From NCBI GenBank assembly GCA_964474825.1, contig CAYYWQ010000001.1:229609-293608 (forward strand): a DNA stretch of 64,000 bases, in the 5' to 3' direction. This document shows positions 37,615 to 47,439 of this stretch, piece after piece. The notes below the pieces were generated by a model that saw nothing but the letters and a program-made list of their open reading frames with translations, did no database searches and was not told where the DNA came from. Position numbers and translations under genes: made by a program. The stretch comes from an uncultured Candidatus Saccharibacteria bacterium. Its GTDB lineage: Bacteria; Patescibacteriota; Doudnabacteria; UBA920. Within the stretch, counting starts at the first letter, position 1. Each line of letters opens with the position of its first letter.

Positions 37615-39972
37615 ATGGGATTTGTAGAAAAATTAAAAGACGGGGTCAATAGGTTTATTGACCAAATGGAAATTAACGATCTGGATTATAGGGTCCAGTT
37701 GGTTTTGCGCGAGCGCGAGGAGTTAAAAACCTGGACAGACCAGGAATTAAAATTATCCACACTCGCTTTTAAAGACGATTTAAAAAAAGGAAAACGTTTG
37801 GACAGTTTACTTGTGCAGGCTTTTGCGGTTGTTAACGAAGCGGCGCGGCGGGTGTACAAAAAATCTCCTTTTCCGGTGCAAATCTTAGCAGGGATGGTTA
37901 TTCATAAAGGAAGAGTGGTGGAAATGAAGGCCGGTGAAGGCAAGACTTTAATGGTCACTATGCCTGTGTATTTAAACGCACTTTTGGGAAAAGGCGTGCA
38001 TCTCGTAACCACGAACGATTATTTAGCCGAACGCGACGCCACACAAATGGGCAAGCTCTACAATTTTTTAGGGCTAACCGTCGCTCACGTAACTTCGGAA
38101 ATGAAGCCGGACGAACACCGGAAAGCTTATGCAGCGGATATAACTTATGTTTCTAACCAAGAAATCGGGTTTGATTATTTGAGAGATAATTTAGTTTTCC
38201 GTAAAGCCGACCGCGTTCTTAGGCAAGAGCATCCTTTATTTTTTGGAATTGTAGACGAAATTGACAGCATTTTAATAGACGAGTCGCGGACCCCTTTAAT
38301 TATTGCCGAGGCGGTAAAAGAGGAAAGGAATTTTTACGACCAGTTTACCGAAATTGTTACTAAGTTAGAGGAAGAAAAAGATTATGTGGTAGATTACGTC
38401 CATAAAACAGTGGCAATGACAGACGCGGGCTTAAACAATGTGGAGAATCTTTTGGGCAGCAAAGTTTTTGACCAAGACAACCCAATGTACGTGTTTTATT
38501 TGGACGTATGCTTGCGGGCCAAGGTTTTGTTTGAAAAAGACCGGGACTATATTATAACTTCCGAGGGAGTGGAAATTGTAGACGAATTTACCGGCCGCGT
38601 CCTGCCCGGCCGCAGGTTTACAGACGGCGTTCACCAGGCCATTGAGGCCAAGGAACAAATTAAAATAAAAGACTCCGACCGCACTTCCGCTGCCATTACT
38701 TTCCAGAATTTTTTTCCGCTTTATGAAAAGCTTTCAGGCATGAGCGGCACGGTCATGCGTTCGCGCGACGAGTTTAACCGGGTTTATAAACTGGACGTAA
38801 TCCGCGTGCCTACCAACCGTCCGGTTGTCCGCGTTGATCATAATAATTTGTTTTTCAAAACCCAAAAAGGTAAATTTTTGGGATTGGTAAAAAAAATAAA
38901 ACAAATCCATGGGCGGGGACAGCCTTTGCTAATTGGCGCTCGTAACGTGGAAACCGCTCATGTGGTGGCAAAAATTTTAGAAGCGGAAAATTTACCCTAC
39001 CAATTACTTACGGCAGCGGACCACAAGGCCGAAGCAGAAAAAGTTGAACGCGGCGGGCAGTCGGGGATGATCACCGTAGCCACAAATATGGCGGGGCGGG
39101 GGACAGACATTTTGCTTGGTCAGGGCGTGGAGCAAAGCGGAGGGCTTTTTGTGCTTGGAACTGAAAGGCATGAATCAAGAAGGATCGATGATCAGCTTAT
39201 TGGCCGCTCAGGCCGCCAGGGTGAACCCGGCGAGTCGCAGTTCTTAATTAGTATGGAAGACGAAATTATGCAGTTGTTCGGCAGCGAAAGCATTATTGAC
39301 GCCATGGAGCAGCTAGATATGGCCGAAGACGAATACATTTCGGGTAAAGGGCTGGACGAAGCTTTTGAACGGGCCCAAACTTTTGTGGATAGCCGTAATT
39401 TTGACTCGCGTATTTATTTATACAAATATGACAGCGTAACCAGTTTCCAGCGCAAGGCTATTTATAGTTTGCGGAATTCGCTTTTGGAAAATGCATCCGG
39501 CTTTGAGGATTTTTTGCAGACTGCCGTGGCTTCAGAAATTGAAAGGATTTTAGCTATTGGCAACGCAAAATTAATAACCGCGGAATTTTTAAAAATATTT
39601 TTTGTTGAAGTGGACGAACAAGAATTGGGAGGATTGCTTAAATCGCCAAATAAAAAAGGCGAGGGAATAGACCTTATAAAAAATCGCCTCGGCGGCTATT
39701 TGCTCGACAGGGCTAAAAAAATCCAGGCCCAAGGGCAGGATTTTATAACAGCCCAAAGCCTGGTCCTGCAAATAATAGACAACAACTGGAGCAATCAACT
39801 GGAATTAATGGACGTGCTAAAAGAGGAGGCGTCGCTTTTTTCCTACGCCTCGCAAGATCCGCTTATAGATTATATTTTGGAAGCCAATAAACTCTTTGAC
39901 CACATGCAGCAGGACATTAAGACCCAATTGGTTAAAGCAATTTTTATTTATTTGAACCAGCATGGGCTGTAA
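37615..39972 (+). CDS. secA: Preprotein translocase ATPase SecA (short, divergent; possibly a SecA2-like paralogue)
   Basis: GEGKT, NDYLA.RD, GFDYLRDN, DEIDSILIDESRTPLII, ATNMAGRGTDI, GRSGRQGEPG. Confidence 0.88.
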   Translation: MGFVEKLKDGVNRFIDQMEINDLDYRVQLVLREREELKTWTDQELKLSTLAFKDDLKKGKRLDSLLVQAFAVVNEAARRVYKKSPFPVQILAGMVIHKGRVVEMKAGEGKTLMVTMPVYLNALLGKGVHLVTTNDYLAERDATQMGKLYNFLGLTVAHVTSEMKPDEHRKAYAADITYVSNQEIGFDYLRDNLVFRKADRVLRQEHPLFFGIVDEIDSILIDESRTPLIIAEAVKEERNFYDQFTEIVTKLEEEKDYVVDYVHKTVAMTDAGLNNVENLLGSKVFDQDNPMYVFYLDVCLRAKVLFEKDRDYIITSEGVEIVDEFTGRVLPGRRFTDGVHQAIEAKEQIKIKDSDRTSAAITFQNFFPLYEKLSGMSGTVMRSRDEFNRVYKLDVIRVPTNRPVVRVDHNNLFFKTQKGKFLGLVKKIKQIHGRGQPLLIGARNVETAHVVAKILEAENLPYQLLTAADHKAEAEKVERGGQSGMITVATNMAGRGTDILLGQGVEQSGGLFVLGTERHESRRIDDQLIGRSGRQGEPGESQFLISMEDEIMQLFGSESIIDAMEQLDMAEDEYISGKGLDEAFERAQTFVDSRNFDSRIYLYKYDSVTSFQRKAIYSLRNSLLENASGFEDFLQTAVASEIERILAIGNAKLITAEFLKIFFVEVDEQELGGLLKSPNKKGEGIDLIKNRLGGYLLDRAKKIQAQGQDFITAQSLVLQIIDNNWSNQLELMDVLKEEASLFSYASQDPLIDYILEANKLFDHMQQDIKTQLVKAIFIYLNQHGL

Positions 39973-40025
39973 CGCACGGAAGCGGGGGACTACACAAACC
40001 TATATAACTTTGGTATAATTTGGTC

Positions 40026-40307
40026 ATGTTGACCACGGAAGAAGTCAAAAAAATCGCGCTTTTGGCGCGAATTGAATTAACAGAAGCCGAGGTGGAAAAG
40101 TTCCGTAAGGACCTTTCCACTGTTTTAGATTACGTAGACGAGTTAAAAAAAGTAAATGTAGAAGGCTTGGAAGAAGTGTCGCAAGTGACCGGATTGGTTA
40201 ACGTGCAAAGGGATGACAAGCCTGTAGTTGCAAGCAACCGCGAAGAAATATTTTCTCAAGCCCCAGAAATGAAAGATGGGTTTTATAAAGTGAAATCGAT
40301 TCTTTAG
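40026..40307 (+). CDS. gatC: Asp/Glu-tRNA amidotransferase subunit C
   Basis: EV.KIA.LARI.L, R.D, F.KV..IL; precedes gatA. Confidence 0.93.
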   Translation: MLTTEEVKKIALLARIELTEAEVEKFRKDLSTVLDYVDELKKVNVEGLEEVSQVTGLVNVQRDDKPVVASNREEIFSQAPEMKDGFYKVKSIL

Positions 40308-40313
40308 CTAAAT

Positions 40314-41795
40314 ATGGAATTCACACATTTATCTTTAACAGAATTAAGAAAACTCCTTGACGACAAAAAAGTTTCGTCTGTTGAATTGACGAAGTATTTT
40401 TTGTCGCGTATAAAACAGCACGACAAAGACCTTAATTCTTTTATTACAGTCTCAGAGGAAGAAGCTTTAAAGCAGGCTCAGGAAGCAGACAATTACATGG
40501 CGAGTGGCGGTGAGAACCCATTACTGTGCGGTATTCCATACGCGGCCAAAGACATGTTTTTAACTAAAGGAATCCGCACTACCGCAGGCAGCAAAATTTT
40601 GGACAATTATATTCCGCCTTACGACTCCACAATCATTTCCAAATTAAAAGACCAAAAAGCTGTCCTACTTGGCAAAACCAACCAAGACCAATTCGCCCAC
40701 GGCAGCAGCGGGGAAAGCTCAGCTTATGGTTTTACTTTTAACCCATGGGACAAAACTAGAATGCCTGCCGGGTCTTCTTCGGGCAGCGGCGCGGCAGCTG
40801 CAGCTGGGTTGGCTCCTTATGCATTAGGGACCGACACTGGCGGAAGCATTCGCGGGCCGGCCAGTATGTGCGGCATTACCGGATTCAAACCAACATATGG
40901 CCGTACCAGCCGGTACGGCGTAATTTCTATGGCATCCAGCATGGACACCCAGGGCTTTTTATGCGGCTCGGCTGAGGAAGCGGCGCAGTTGGCAGAAGTA
41001 ATTTCCGGTTATGACCCAAAAGATTCCTCCACCGGGAATGTTGAAGTGCCAAATTATTCTAAAAATTTAAACAAAGACCTTAAGGGTGTTAAAGTCGGAA
41101 TTCCAAAAGAATATTTTGTGAAAGGTATGGAGCCGGGAGTGGAAGCACGGGTGCGAGAGGCTATTAAGGAAATAGAAAAGTTAGGCGCGGAAATTGTGGA
41201 GGTAAGTTTACCACATACACATTACGGACAAATGGTTTACGCAATAATTTGTCCTTCAGAAGTTTCCTCTAACCTTGCCAAGTACGACGGTATTCGTTTT
41301 GGCCACTCAACCAAAAATGCAAAAGATTTAATGGAAGTTTATACCAAAAGTCGCGCCGAAGGTTTTGGCGACGAAGCCAAGCGTAGAATTATGACCGGGA
41401 CTTATGTTTTAAGCGCCGGCTATTACGATGCGTATTACAAACGGGCGCAAAAAATTAGGCGCCTAATTATAAATGACTTCGAGGAAGTTTTTAAAAAGGT
41501 AGATGTATTGCTTACGCCAACCCAGCCTAACGTGGCGCCTAAATCTGGCATTGCCCAGAATGACCCAATTTTTGCTTACATTGCCGACCAGCTTGTTGTA
41601 AACTGCAACTTAGCGGGCATCCCGGCTTTGTCTGTGCCATGCGGCTTTAGCAAAGCTACAGACGGAGACGTAGAACTGCCCGTGGGCTTACAAATAATTG
41701 GCCCGCAATGGGGTGAGCAAAAGATTTTTAATGTGGGTTATGCATATCAGCAGGCCACAGATTGGCACAAAAAACATCCTAATATTATTACTTAA
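40314..41795 (+). CDS. gatA: Asp/Glu-tRNA amidotransferase subunit A
   Basis: Amidase signature GSSSGS, GTDTGGSIR.PA, YDGIRFG, GTYVLSAGYYDAYY. Confidence 0.97.
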   Translation: MEFTHLSLTELRKLLDDKKVSSVELTKYFLSRIKQHDKDLNSFITVSEEEALKQAQEADNYMASGGENPLLCGIPYAAKDMFLTKGIRTTAGSKILDNYIPPYDSTIISKLKDQKAVLLGKTNQDQFAHGSSGESSAYGFTFNPWDKTRMPAGSSSGSGAAAAAGLAPYALGTDTGGSIRGPASMCGITGFKPTYGRTSRYGVISMASSMDTQGFLCGSAEEAAQLAEVISGYDPKDSSTGNVEVPNYSKNLNKDLKGVKVGIPKEYFVKGMEPGVEARVREAIKEIEKLGAEIVEVSLPHTHYGQMVYAIICPSEVSSNLAKYDGIRFGHSTKNAKDLMEVYTKSRAEGFGDEAKRRIMTGTYVLSAGYYDAYYKRAQKIRRLIINDFEEVFKKVDVLLTPTQPNVAPKSGIAQNDPIFAYIADQLVVNCNLAGIPALSVPCGFSKATDGDVELPVGLQIIGPQWGEQKIFNVGYAYQQATDWHKKHPNIIT

Positions 41796-41798
41796 ACA

Positions 41799-42176
41799 AT
41801 GACTTATTTTACAAAATATTCTTATCTTTCAGCCCGACTTTATTCGACGTTTGAAGAATTATACAAATATAATCCCAATAGCGGCGGCGATTTTATTGGT
41901 TATTCTCAAGCAAGGGGAAAATTTATACTTTATTACGGATCCTTATTTATATTTATAATTCTTTTGCTCAGCAAAATTATTTGGGATAGCAGAATAAATC
42001 ACGGCTTGTTTATTGTGTTTTCAGTTTTAACTTTTGGAACTATAATAGGTTTTATTTCTGATTTAGTGAGAATCCGTATATTTAAAAAAAGGAGCCTCCG
42101 CGAAGGAAATTTAGTGTATGAGTCAGGTTTGTTAATTTTGGGAAATAAAAAGTATTCATTGGAACATTTAGAATAA
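41799..42176 (+). CDS. Hypothetical two-TM membrane protein inserted between gatA and gatB
   Basis: Very AT-rich ORF with 3-nt and 2-nt gaps to its neighbours. Confidence 0.65.
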   Translation: MTYFTKYSYLSARLYSTFEELYKYNPNSGGDFIGYSQARGKFILYYGSLFIFIILLLSKIIWDSRINHGLFIVFSVLTFGTIIGFISDLVRIRIFKKRSLREGNLVYESGLLILGNKKYSLEHLE

Positions 42177-42178
42177 AA

Positions 42179-43672
42179 ATGAAAGAATTTCCATCTTCAA
42201 CTGAATATCAGCCGGTAATTGGGTTTGAAATCCATATTCAGCTTGCTACTAAGAGCAAGATGTTTAGTGCTGCGCCAAATAATCCGGACCAGGCAGTTCC
42301 TAATACTAATATAGACGAGGTGGTAACTGCCCAGCCCGGAACTTTGCCAGTGGCTAATAAAGAGGCTATAAAATTAGCAGCAATGGTTGGCTTGGCTTTA
42401 AATTGCACTATAGACGAGTGGAGCAAGTTTGACCGTAAGCATTATTTTTATCCGGACTTGCCCAAGGGCTATCAAATTTCCCAGTATGATCAGCCAATTG
42501 CCAAGAATGGTTATTTGGACGTGGTAGTCGCCGGAAAAACTAGGCGCATAAATATTACGCGTGCTCATTTGGAGGAAGACGCAGGTAAAAACATTCATCC
42601 CGAAGGTTTGCCCTATTCTTTGGTGGACTATAACAGGGCCGGCTGTGCGCTCTTGGAAATTGTTTCTGAGCCCGACATAGAAAGTGGCGCCGAAGGCAGG
42701 GCATATTTGGAAGAAATTAGGAATATTGTGCGCTATTTGGGAGTGTCTTCGGCGGATATGGAAAAAGGTTTAATGCGCTGCGAGCCAAGTATTAGCGTAA
42801 GAAAACCCGGGGAGACAACTTTGCCAAAATATAAAGTGGAAGTTAAAAATATTAACAGCATTAGTTTTGCCGAGGCTGCTATAAATTACGAAATCGCCCG
42901 CCAAACAGAAATTTTAAAAGAAGGCGGCACGCCCAAACAGGTTACTATGGGTTGGAACGAAAAGCAGGGGATTACTGTAGAACAAAGAAGTAAAGAAGAG
43001 GCGAACGACTATCGCTACTTTCCGGAACCGGACTTACCTGTGTTACAATTTACTCAGGAATATTTAAACGACCTACGGGCGCATATGCCAGAACTTCCCG
43101 AGCAAAAAAGAAAGCGGTTTTTGGAAGAATATAATTTACCAGCCGCAGACGTAGCGAATTTAATAAACTGGAAAGACTTGGCCAACTATTTTGAAGATGT
43201 GGTAAGTGAAATAGATGCCTGGATGGAAGAAGAGAAAGGCCTAGACCGCAACGCTTTAATTAAACAAGCAACCAACTGGTGCTTGCAAGATTTTTCCGCT
43301 GCGTTAAATGCAAAGTTAATGAAGCCGCAAGACTCTACAGTAACGCCCGAAAATTTTGCGGAATTAATTAAATTAATGGCCCAAGGAAAAATTTCCGGCA
43401 GCGCGGCTAAAACTGTATTTAAAGTTATGTTTGAAAAAGGCGGCGACCCTTCTAATATAGTGGAAGATATGGGTCTTCACCAGGTAAGCGACGAATCTGC
43501 AATAGCCGAAGCCTTAGACAAAGTTATATCCGCCAACGCAAAAGCAGTAACAGACTACAAATCCGGCGAACAAAAAAGTTTTGGTTTTCTGGTTGGTCAA
43601 ACCATGAAAGAGTTAAAAGGCAAAGGAAACCCACAAGTTATAAACGAGTTATTGAAAAAGAAATTATTGTAG
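42179..43672 (+). CDS. gatB: Asp/Glu-tRNA amidotransferase subunit B
   Basis: VIGFEIH.QL, FDRKHYFYPDLPKGYQISQ, HLEEDAGK, DYRYFPEPDL. Confidence 0.97.
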   Translation: MKEFPSSTEYQPVIGFEIHIQLATKSKMFSAAPNNPDQAVPNTNIDEVVTAQPGTLPVANKEAIKLAAMVGLALNCTIDEWSKFDRKHYFYPDLPKGYQISQYDQPIAKNGYLDVVVAGKTRRINITRAHLEEDAGKNIHPEGLPYSLVDYNRAGCALLEIVSEPDIESGAEGRAYLEEIRNIVRYLGVSSADMEKGLMRCEPSISVRKPGETTLPKYKVEVKNINSISFAEAAINYEIARQTEILKEGGTPKQVTMGWNEKQGITVEQRSKEEANDYRYFPEPDLPVLQFTQEYLNDLRAHMPELPEQKRKRFLEEYNLPAADVANLINWKDLANYFEDVVSEIDAWMEEEKGLDRNALIKQATNWCLQDFSAALNAKLMKPQDSTVTPENFAELIKLMAQGKISGSAAKTVFKVMFEKGGDPSNIVEDMGLHQVSDESAIAEALDKVISANAKAVTDYKSGEQKSFGFLVGQTMKELKGKGNPQVINELLKKKLL

Positions 43673-43788
43673 TATTTTTATCAAATTTAAAGGCGGGGGG
43701 AACTTTGACATTCCGTACCCGCCTTTGAGCTTGTTGAGCATTTTTTTGCCGACTGCTAGCGCCTCTGTGGGCGCTTTTTTGACAGTGG

Positions 43789-44397
43789 TTACGCCTTACG
43801 CCGCCGCAGCCACAGCAAGCAGCTCGCCCCGCTGCCCATCAGAAGGAGCGAGGACGGCTCGGGCGTTAGCGTTGTTGCCCTTTGCTGGCCTATATAGGGC
43901 AACACATCACCGTTGACGTCGGTGATATTAAGGACGCTAAAAAAAAGCTCGTCCCCAACGTCGTGGTGGGAGGTGCCGGTCCAAAATAGAAAATCTCCCA
44001 AGTTCGGTACCCAGGGGGTAACGATCACCGGCCCAAAGGTTGGACCGTTAAAACCGCCTCCGGAGCTGGTAAGCTCCGCCCAGGGGCCCGGTATTGGAGA
44101 CGTCATTTCAAAATCTGTCTCATACCAGAGCCCGCCCGGCCTGACACCGAACGAACCCACGCCGTAGCCGGTTGGTGTCGGGCCCGTGCCGTCCCAGCCT
44201 TCTTCGATGTAGACCGATCCGAAGATCAGCCAGTCAATCGAAGCCCCGTCCGGCATGCCGTTATTGGTGAGTTTAAAGCTGTAAGAGAACAGTCCTCCGG
44301 CTTGGGGTGTTACGGAGTACTCCAAGGTTAGGGGTTCCGCCCCGGCAAACATCGCCATGGCGAAAATCAGAAAAGCAAGCGCGAGAATGCGCGACAT
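43789..44397 (-). CDS. PEP-CTERM sorting-domain protein
   Basis: Signal peptide; C-terminal TPEPSSLLLMGSG...LLWLRRRKA; SD AAGGAG; GC-rich. Confidence 0.88.
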   Translation of the reverse strand: MSRILALAFLIFAMAMFAGAEPLTLEYSVTPQAGGLFSYSFKLTNNGMPDGASIDWLIFGSVYIEEGWDGTGPTPTGYGVGSFGVRPGGLWYETDFEMTSPIPGPWAELTSSGGGFNGPTFGPVIVTPWVPNLGDFLFWTGTSHHDVGDELFFSVLNITDVNGDVLPYIGQQRATTLTPEPSSLLLMGSGASCLLWLRRRKA

Positions 44398-44498
44398 GAT
44401 TTAGGTCTCCTTGTGGTTTTCGATTGTTGATCAGAAGGTTTTTTGTACACTCGAGACGTACAAAAATTACTACTGCTGATCTCAGTAGATAACCGCAT

Positions 44499-44535
44499 AG
44501 TATATCAAAAAACCCTTGAAATGTCAAGGGTTTTT
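44499..44535 (-). promoter_or_regulatory. Sigma70 promoter of the PEP-CTERM gene, with its -35 inside the hairpin after miaA
   Basis: TTGACA-N17-TATACT on the minus strand; hairpin aaaaacccttga-aatg-tcaagggttttt. Confidence 0.7.
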
Positions 44536-44549
44536 GTAAATACAATAAG

Positions 44550-45488
44550 CTATTTTAAGTATTTTGAAACAACGTGTGCTGCTTTTTTAGGTTCTTTTAA
44601 CCAAATAATTTCTTTGTTCCTTTTCCACCAAGTCATTTGTCTTTTACTATAGTGTTTTATTGCGTATGAAAGTTGCACGAACATTTCATCTTCCGTAAGT
44701 TTTTTTTGTAAATACTGGGAGACAAATTTGTATTCCAAACCAAAAGATTCCAGTTTTTTCCAGGACAAACCAACTTTATGGAGTTTTTGAACTTCTTTAA
44801 TCATTCCGGCTTTGAGGCGCTGTTTTAACCGCACGTCTATTTTTTTGTATAAAGTTTTTTGGTCAACATTAATTCCCAGCCACAGAGCCTTGCCGTTAAA
44901 TGATTTTAAAATTGGAATCGGTTTTCCAGTTGCTAGAATAATTTCCAAAGCACGAATAAGACGGCGTTTGTTGTGGCGGTCAATGTTTTTGGCGCGGGTG
45001 GGGTCTAGTTTTTGAAGGCGCTTAAATAAAATATATGCGTTTTGTTTTTCCAGTTTTAGTCTAAGCCTAAGATTAGGTTTGATATTTGGAATTTCTTGAT
45101 TATAAACTACTGCGTCTATCCATTGTGCTGTTCCGCCGCACAAAATGGGAAGTTTACCGCGCTTGGTAACATCAGCAATAACTTTTTTGGCCTCTTTCTG
45201 AAACTCTGCAACTGAATATTGTTTTTTGGGATTTATAAAATCTATAAGGTGGTGGGGGATTTCTTTATAAAAATATTGTAATCCCTCGCGGCCACGATTT
45301 ATTACAATTTCCCACTTTCCTTCTACTTTGCCTGTTCCCAAATCCATTCCTTTATAAATTTGCCGGCTGTCAGCGGAAATTATTTCACCTTTAAAGCGCT
45401 TTGCGAGCTGGACTGCCAGTTCAGATTTTCCGGAGCTTGTCGACCCTACTATTGCAATCATTTTGTTAAAAATGTATAATTTGTCCAT
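44550..45488 (-). CDS. miaA: tRNA dimethylallyltransferase MiaA (start may be 45461)
   Basis: G.T.SGKS, SADSRQIY.GMD.GTGK, PHHLID, Y.KRQMTW. Confidence 0.96.
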   Translation of the reverse strand: MDKLYIFNKMIAIVGSTSSGKSELAVQLAKRFKGEIISADSRQIYKGMDLGTGKVEGKWEIVINRGREGLQYFYKEIPHHLIDFINPKKQYSVAEFQKEAKKVIADVTKRGKLPILCGGTAQWIDAVVYNQEIPNIKPNLRLRLKLEKQNAYILFKRLQKLDPTRAKNIDRHNKRRLIRALEIILATGKPIPILKSFNGKALWLGINVDQKTLYKKIDVRLKQRLKAGMIKEVQKLHKVGLSWKKLESFGLEYKFVSQYLQKKLTEDEMFVQLSYAIKHYSKRQMTWWKRNKEIIWLKEPKKAAHVVSKYLK

Positions 45489-45503
45489 TAAAGGGAGGAA
45501 TTA

Positions 45504-45803
45504 GTGTTAGAAGAAATGTTAAAAAGGAACGGTGGAGTCTTGGAGTTTGACTCCGCACGGTTTTCCTTCTCGGATTCGAAGAAGGACGACTCAGAGTTTT
45601 TTGCCCAGCTTGCTGAGTTAATTGAGCGGGGGAATGCAATTGCGGTAACACTCGTTCGCTACCAGGTCATGCTTCCGGCCTGTCAGATAATTTGTTTGGT
45701 TCTGCGTTCCCACGAACTGTTCGACCAGGTAATGGCGGAGTCCGAGGCTGGAAAGCTATGGTTTGACATACTGAGGAATCGCAAGGGCAGGCCCTGCGAA
45801 TAA
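45504..45803 (+). CDS. Hypothetical protein
   Basis: GTG start with SD aagggagga; TTGCAA-N17-TATAAT at 45452-45480; GC-rich hairpin plus T-run at about 45860-45896. Confidence 0.55.
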   Translation: MLEEMLKRNGGVLEFDSARFSFSDSKKDDSEFFAQLAELIERGNAIAVTLVRYQVMLPACQIICLVLRSHELFDQVMAESEAGKLWFDILRNRKGRPCE

Positions 45804-45990
45804 CTCAGCCCTTGACCAGCTTGCCGCCATTTCCTTTGCCACTGGCTCCACTTCGAAGCCCGGCCCCGTGCAGTTTCATGCGGGGTCGGTTTTTTACTTC
45901 CCGTTTTTTCCCCTTAGTTACGACTTCGTCAAAAATTTTCTTGCGCATAAGTTTATTGAGTAATATAATATTATTATAGCATTTTTATTT

Positions 45991-46521
45991 ATGGCTAACT
46001 CTAAACTTATGGGTAAAAAGATTTTAGCAATAGTTATTTTTTTGTTGGCTGTTTCGGGGGTGTTTTTCTTCCTATACCGCGGCTCGGTAAAACCTGCTGA
46101 GGCGCCTAACCAAGAAGAGGAAAGCGCCCTGCCGGGCAGTCAAAACATCCAAGCTCCTACGTCAAACCAAACGCCAACTCCGGTGCCGACTGAGGTGAAA
46201 ATAGATGTTAACGGTAAAGAGTTAAAAGGCACTTTTAGCGCCGGGGAAGATATGCCCGACGGGTCCAGTATTTCGGTGCTGCAAGTGGACTTTGACGGCA
46301 AGCAATTTACTCCGGCATCCATAGATATTAAAGTTAACGACTGGATATTCTTTAAAAATAACAGTGAGAGTGAATTACATCTGGTTTCCTCAGTTTTCCC
46401 GCAGGCCCAAACCATAGCCCCAACAAAGCAATATAAATTCCAGTTTACTAAGGCTGGTAAATTTACTTACGAAAATTCTTTGCAAAGTTTCATGCAGGGG
46501 GTAGTTAACGTTAGTCAATAA
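45991..46521 (+). CDS. Membrane-anchored cupredoxin-fold protein (copper ligands apparently absent)
   Basis: TM, PT linker, FTP.SI.IK.ND...F.N, F.FTKAG.F.Y, M.G.V.V; no Cys. Confidence 0.7.
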   Translation: MANSKLMGKKILAIVIFLLAVSGVFFFLYRGSVKPAEAPNQEEESALPGSQNIQAPTSNQTPTPVPTEVKIDVNGKELKGTFSAGEDMPDGSSISVLQVDFDGKQFTPASIDIKVNDWIFFKNNSESELHLVSSVFPQAQTIAPTKQYKFQFTKAGKFTYENSLQSFMQGVVNVSQ

Positions 46522-46592
46522 TCGGCAAAACCACCTAACCCTCGTTTGAGGGTTTTTTGCTGATTGGGAGGGAAAATGATATAATCTTTGAT

Positions 46593-47426
46593 ATGAACTG
46601 GAAGACTTTTGGGCATATTGATACAAAAAATATTCTGGAAAAACAATTGCAGTTAGGGCTTTTGCCTCATGCTTATTTGTTTTCCGGACCCTCTGGTATA
46701 GGAAAAAAAGCCCTGGCCCAAGAGTTAGCCCAAAAGATTTTATGCACAGAGAGGCTAGATAGTCATCCTGATTTTTTTATTTTAGACCAAAGCGAAGTAA
46801 TTAGCGTAGAACAAATTCGCGAGGTAATTTCACGTTTAAGTTTAAAGCCGTTGGCCGGGCCAAAAAAAGTGGCTATTATTAACAATGCTGAACTGTTAAA
46901 CCAGCAGAGCGGCAACGCTTTACTTAAAACTTTGGAAGAGCCTTCCGGCAGTACAATAATAATTTTAGTAGGCGACAGCCAAAGAATTTTGCCTACACTG
47001 CGTTCCCGCTGCTTGGTTTTAAATATGCAAATGTTTAGCCGCCAGCAATTAAAGGATTTTGCATTATCGGGTAACTTGGAAGTTAACGAAGAGCTTGTAG
47101 ATTTAAGCTTTGGTTCTCCTGCTGAATTTTTAAAGTTGTCGTCCGGTAAAACATTGGCAGAAGCAAGTAGGCAGGAACAACAGCGCTGGCAGGAGTTAAA
47201 AAAACTTCCTCTGGGCGAGAGAATTTTGGCAATTGCTGATTTGGCAGAAATGGAAAACGAACAATTGAGTAATTTATTAACTGCGTGGCTGCTCGGCCAA
47301 CGGCAGGATTTAGCCGGGAATCCAAAAAGTTTTGGCAGTTTGGGCGCTCTGCAGGAAGCGGTTGTGGCGCTAAGGAGTAATCAAAATAAAAAAAGTATTT
47401 TACAAAGCCTAATGTTAAAAGTATAA
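46593..47426 (+). CDS. holB: DNA polymerase III delta' subunit
   Basis: HAYLFSGP.GIGK, HPD, NALLKTLEEP, LPTLRSRC. Confidence 0.9.
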   Translation: MNWKTFGHIDTKNILEKQLQLGLLPHAYLFSGPSGIGKKALAQELAQKILCTERLDSHPDFFILDQSEVISVEQIREVISRLSLKPLAGPKKVAIINNAELLNQQSGNALLKTLEEPSGSTIIILVGDSQRILPTLRSRCLVLNMQMFSRQQLKDFALSGNLEVNEELVDLSFGSPAEFLKLSSGKTLAEASRQEQQRWQELKKLPLGERILAIADLAEMENEQLSNLLTAWLLGQRQDLAGNPKSFGSLGALQEAVVALRSNQNKKSILQSLMLKV

Positions 47427-47439
47427 ATCTTTTTCACAA

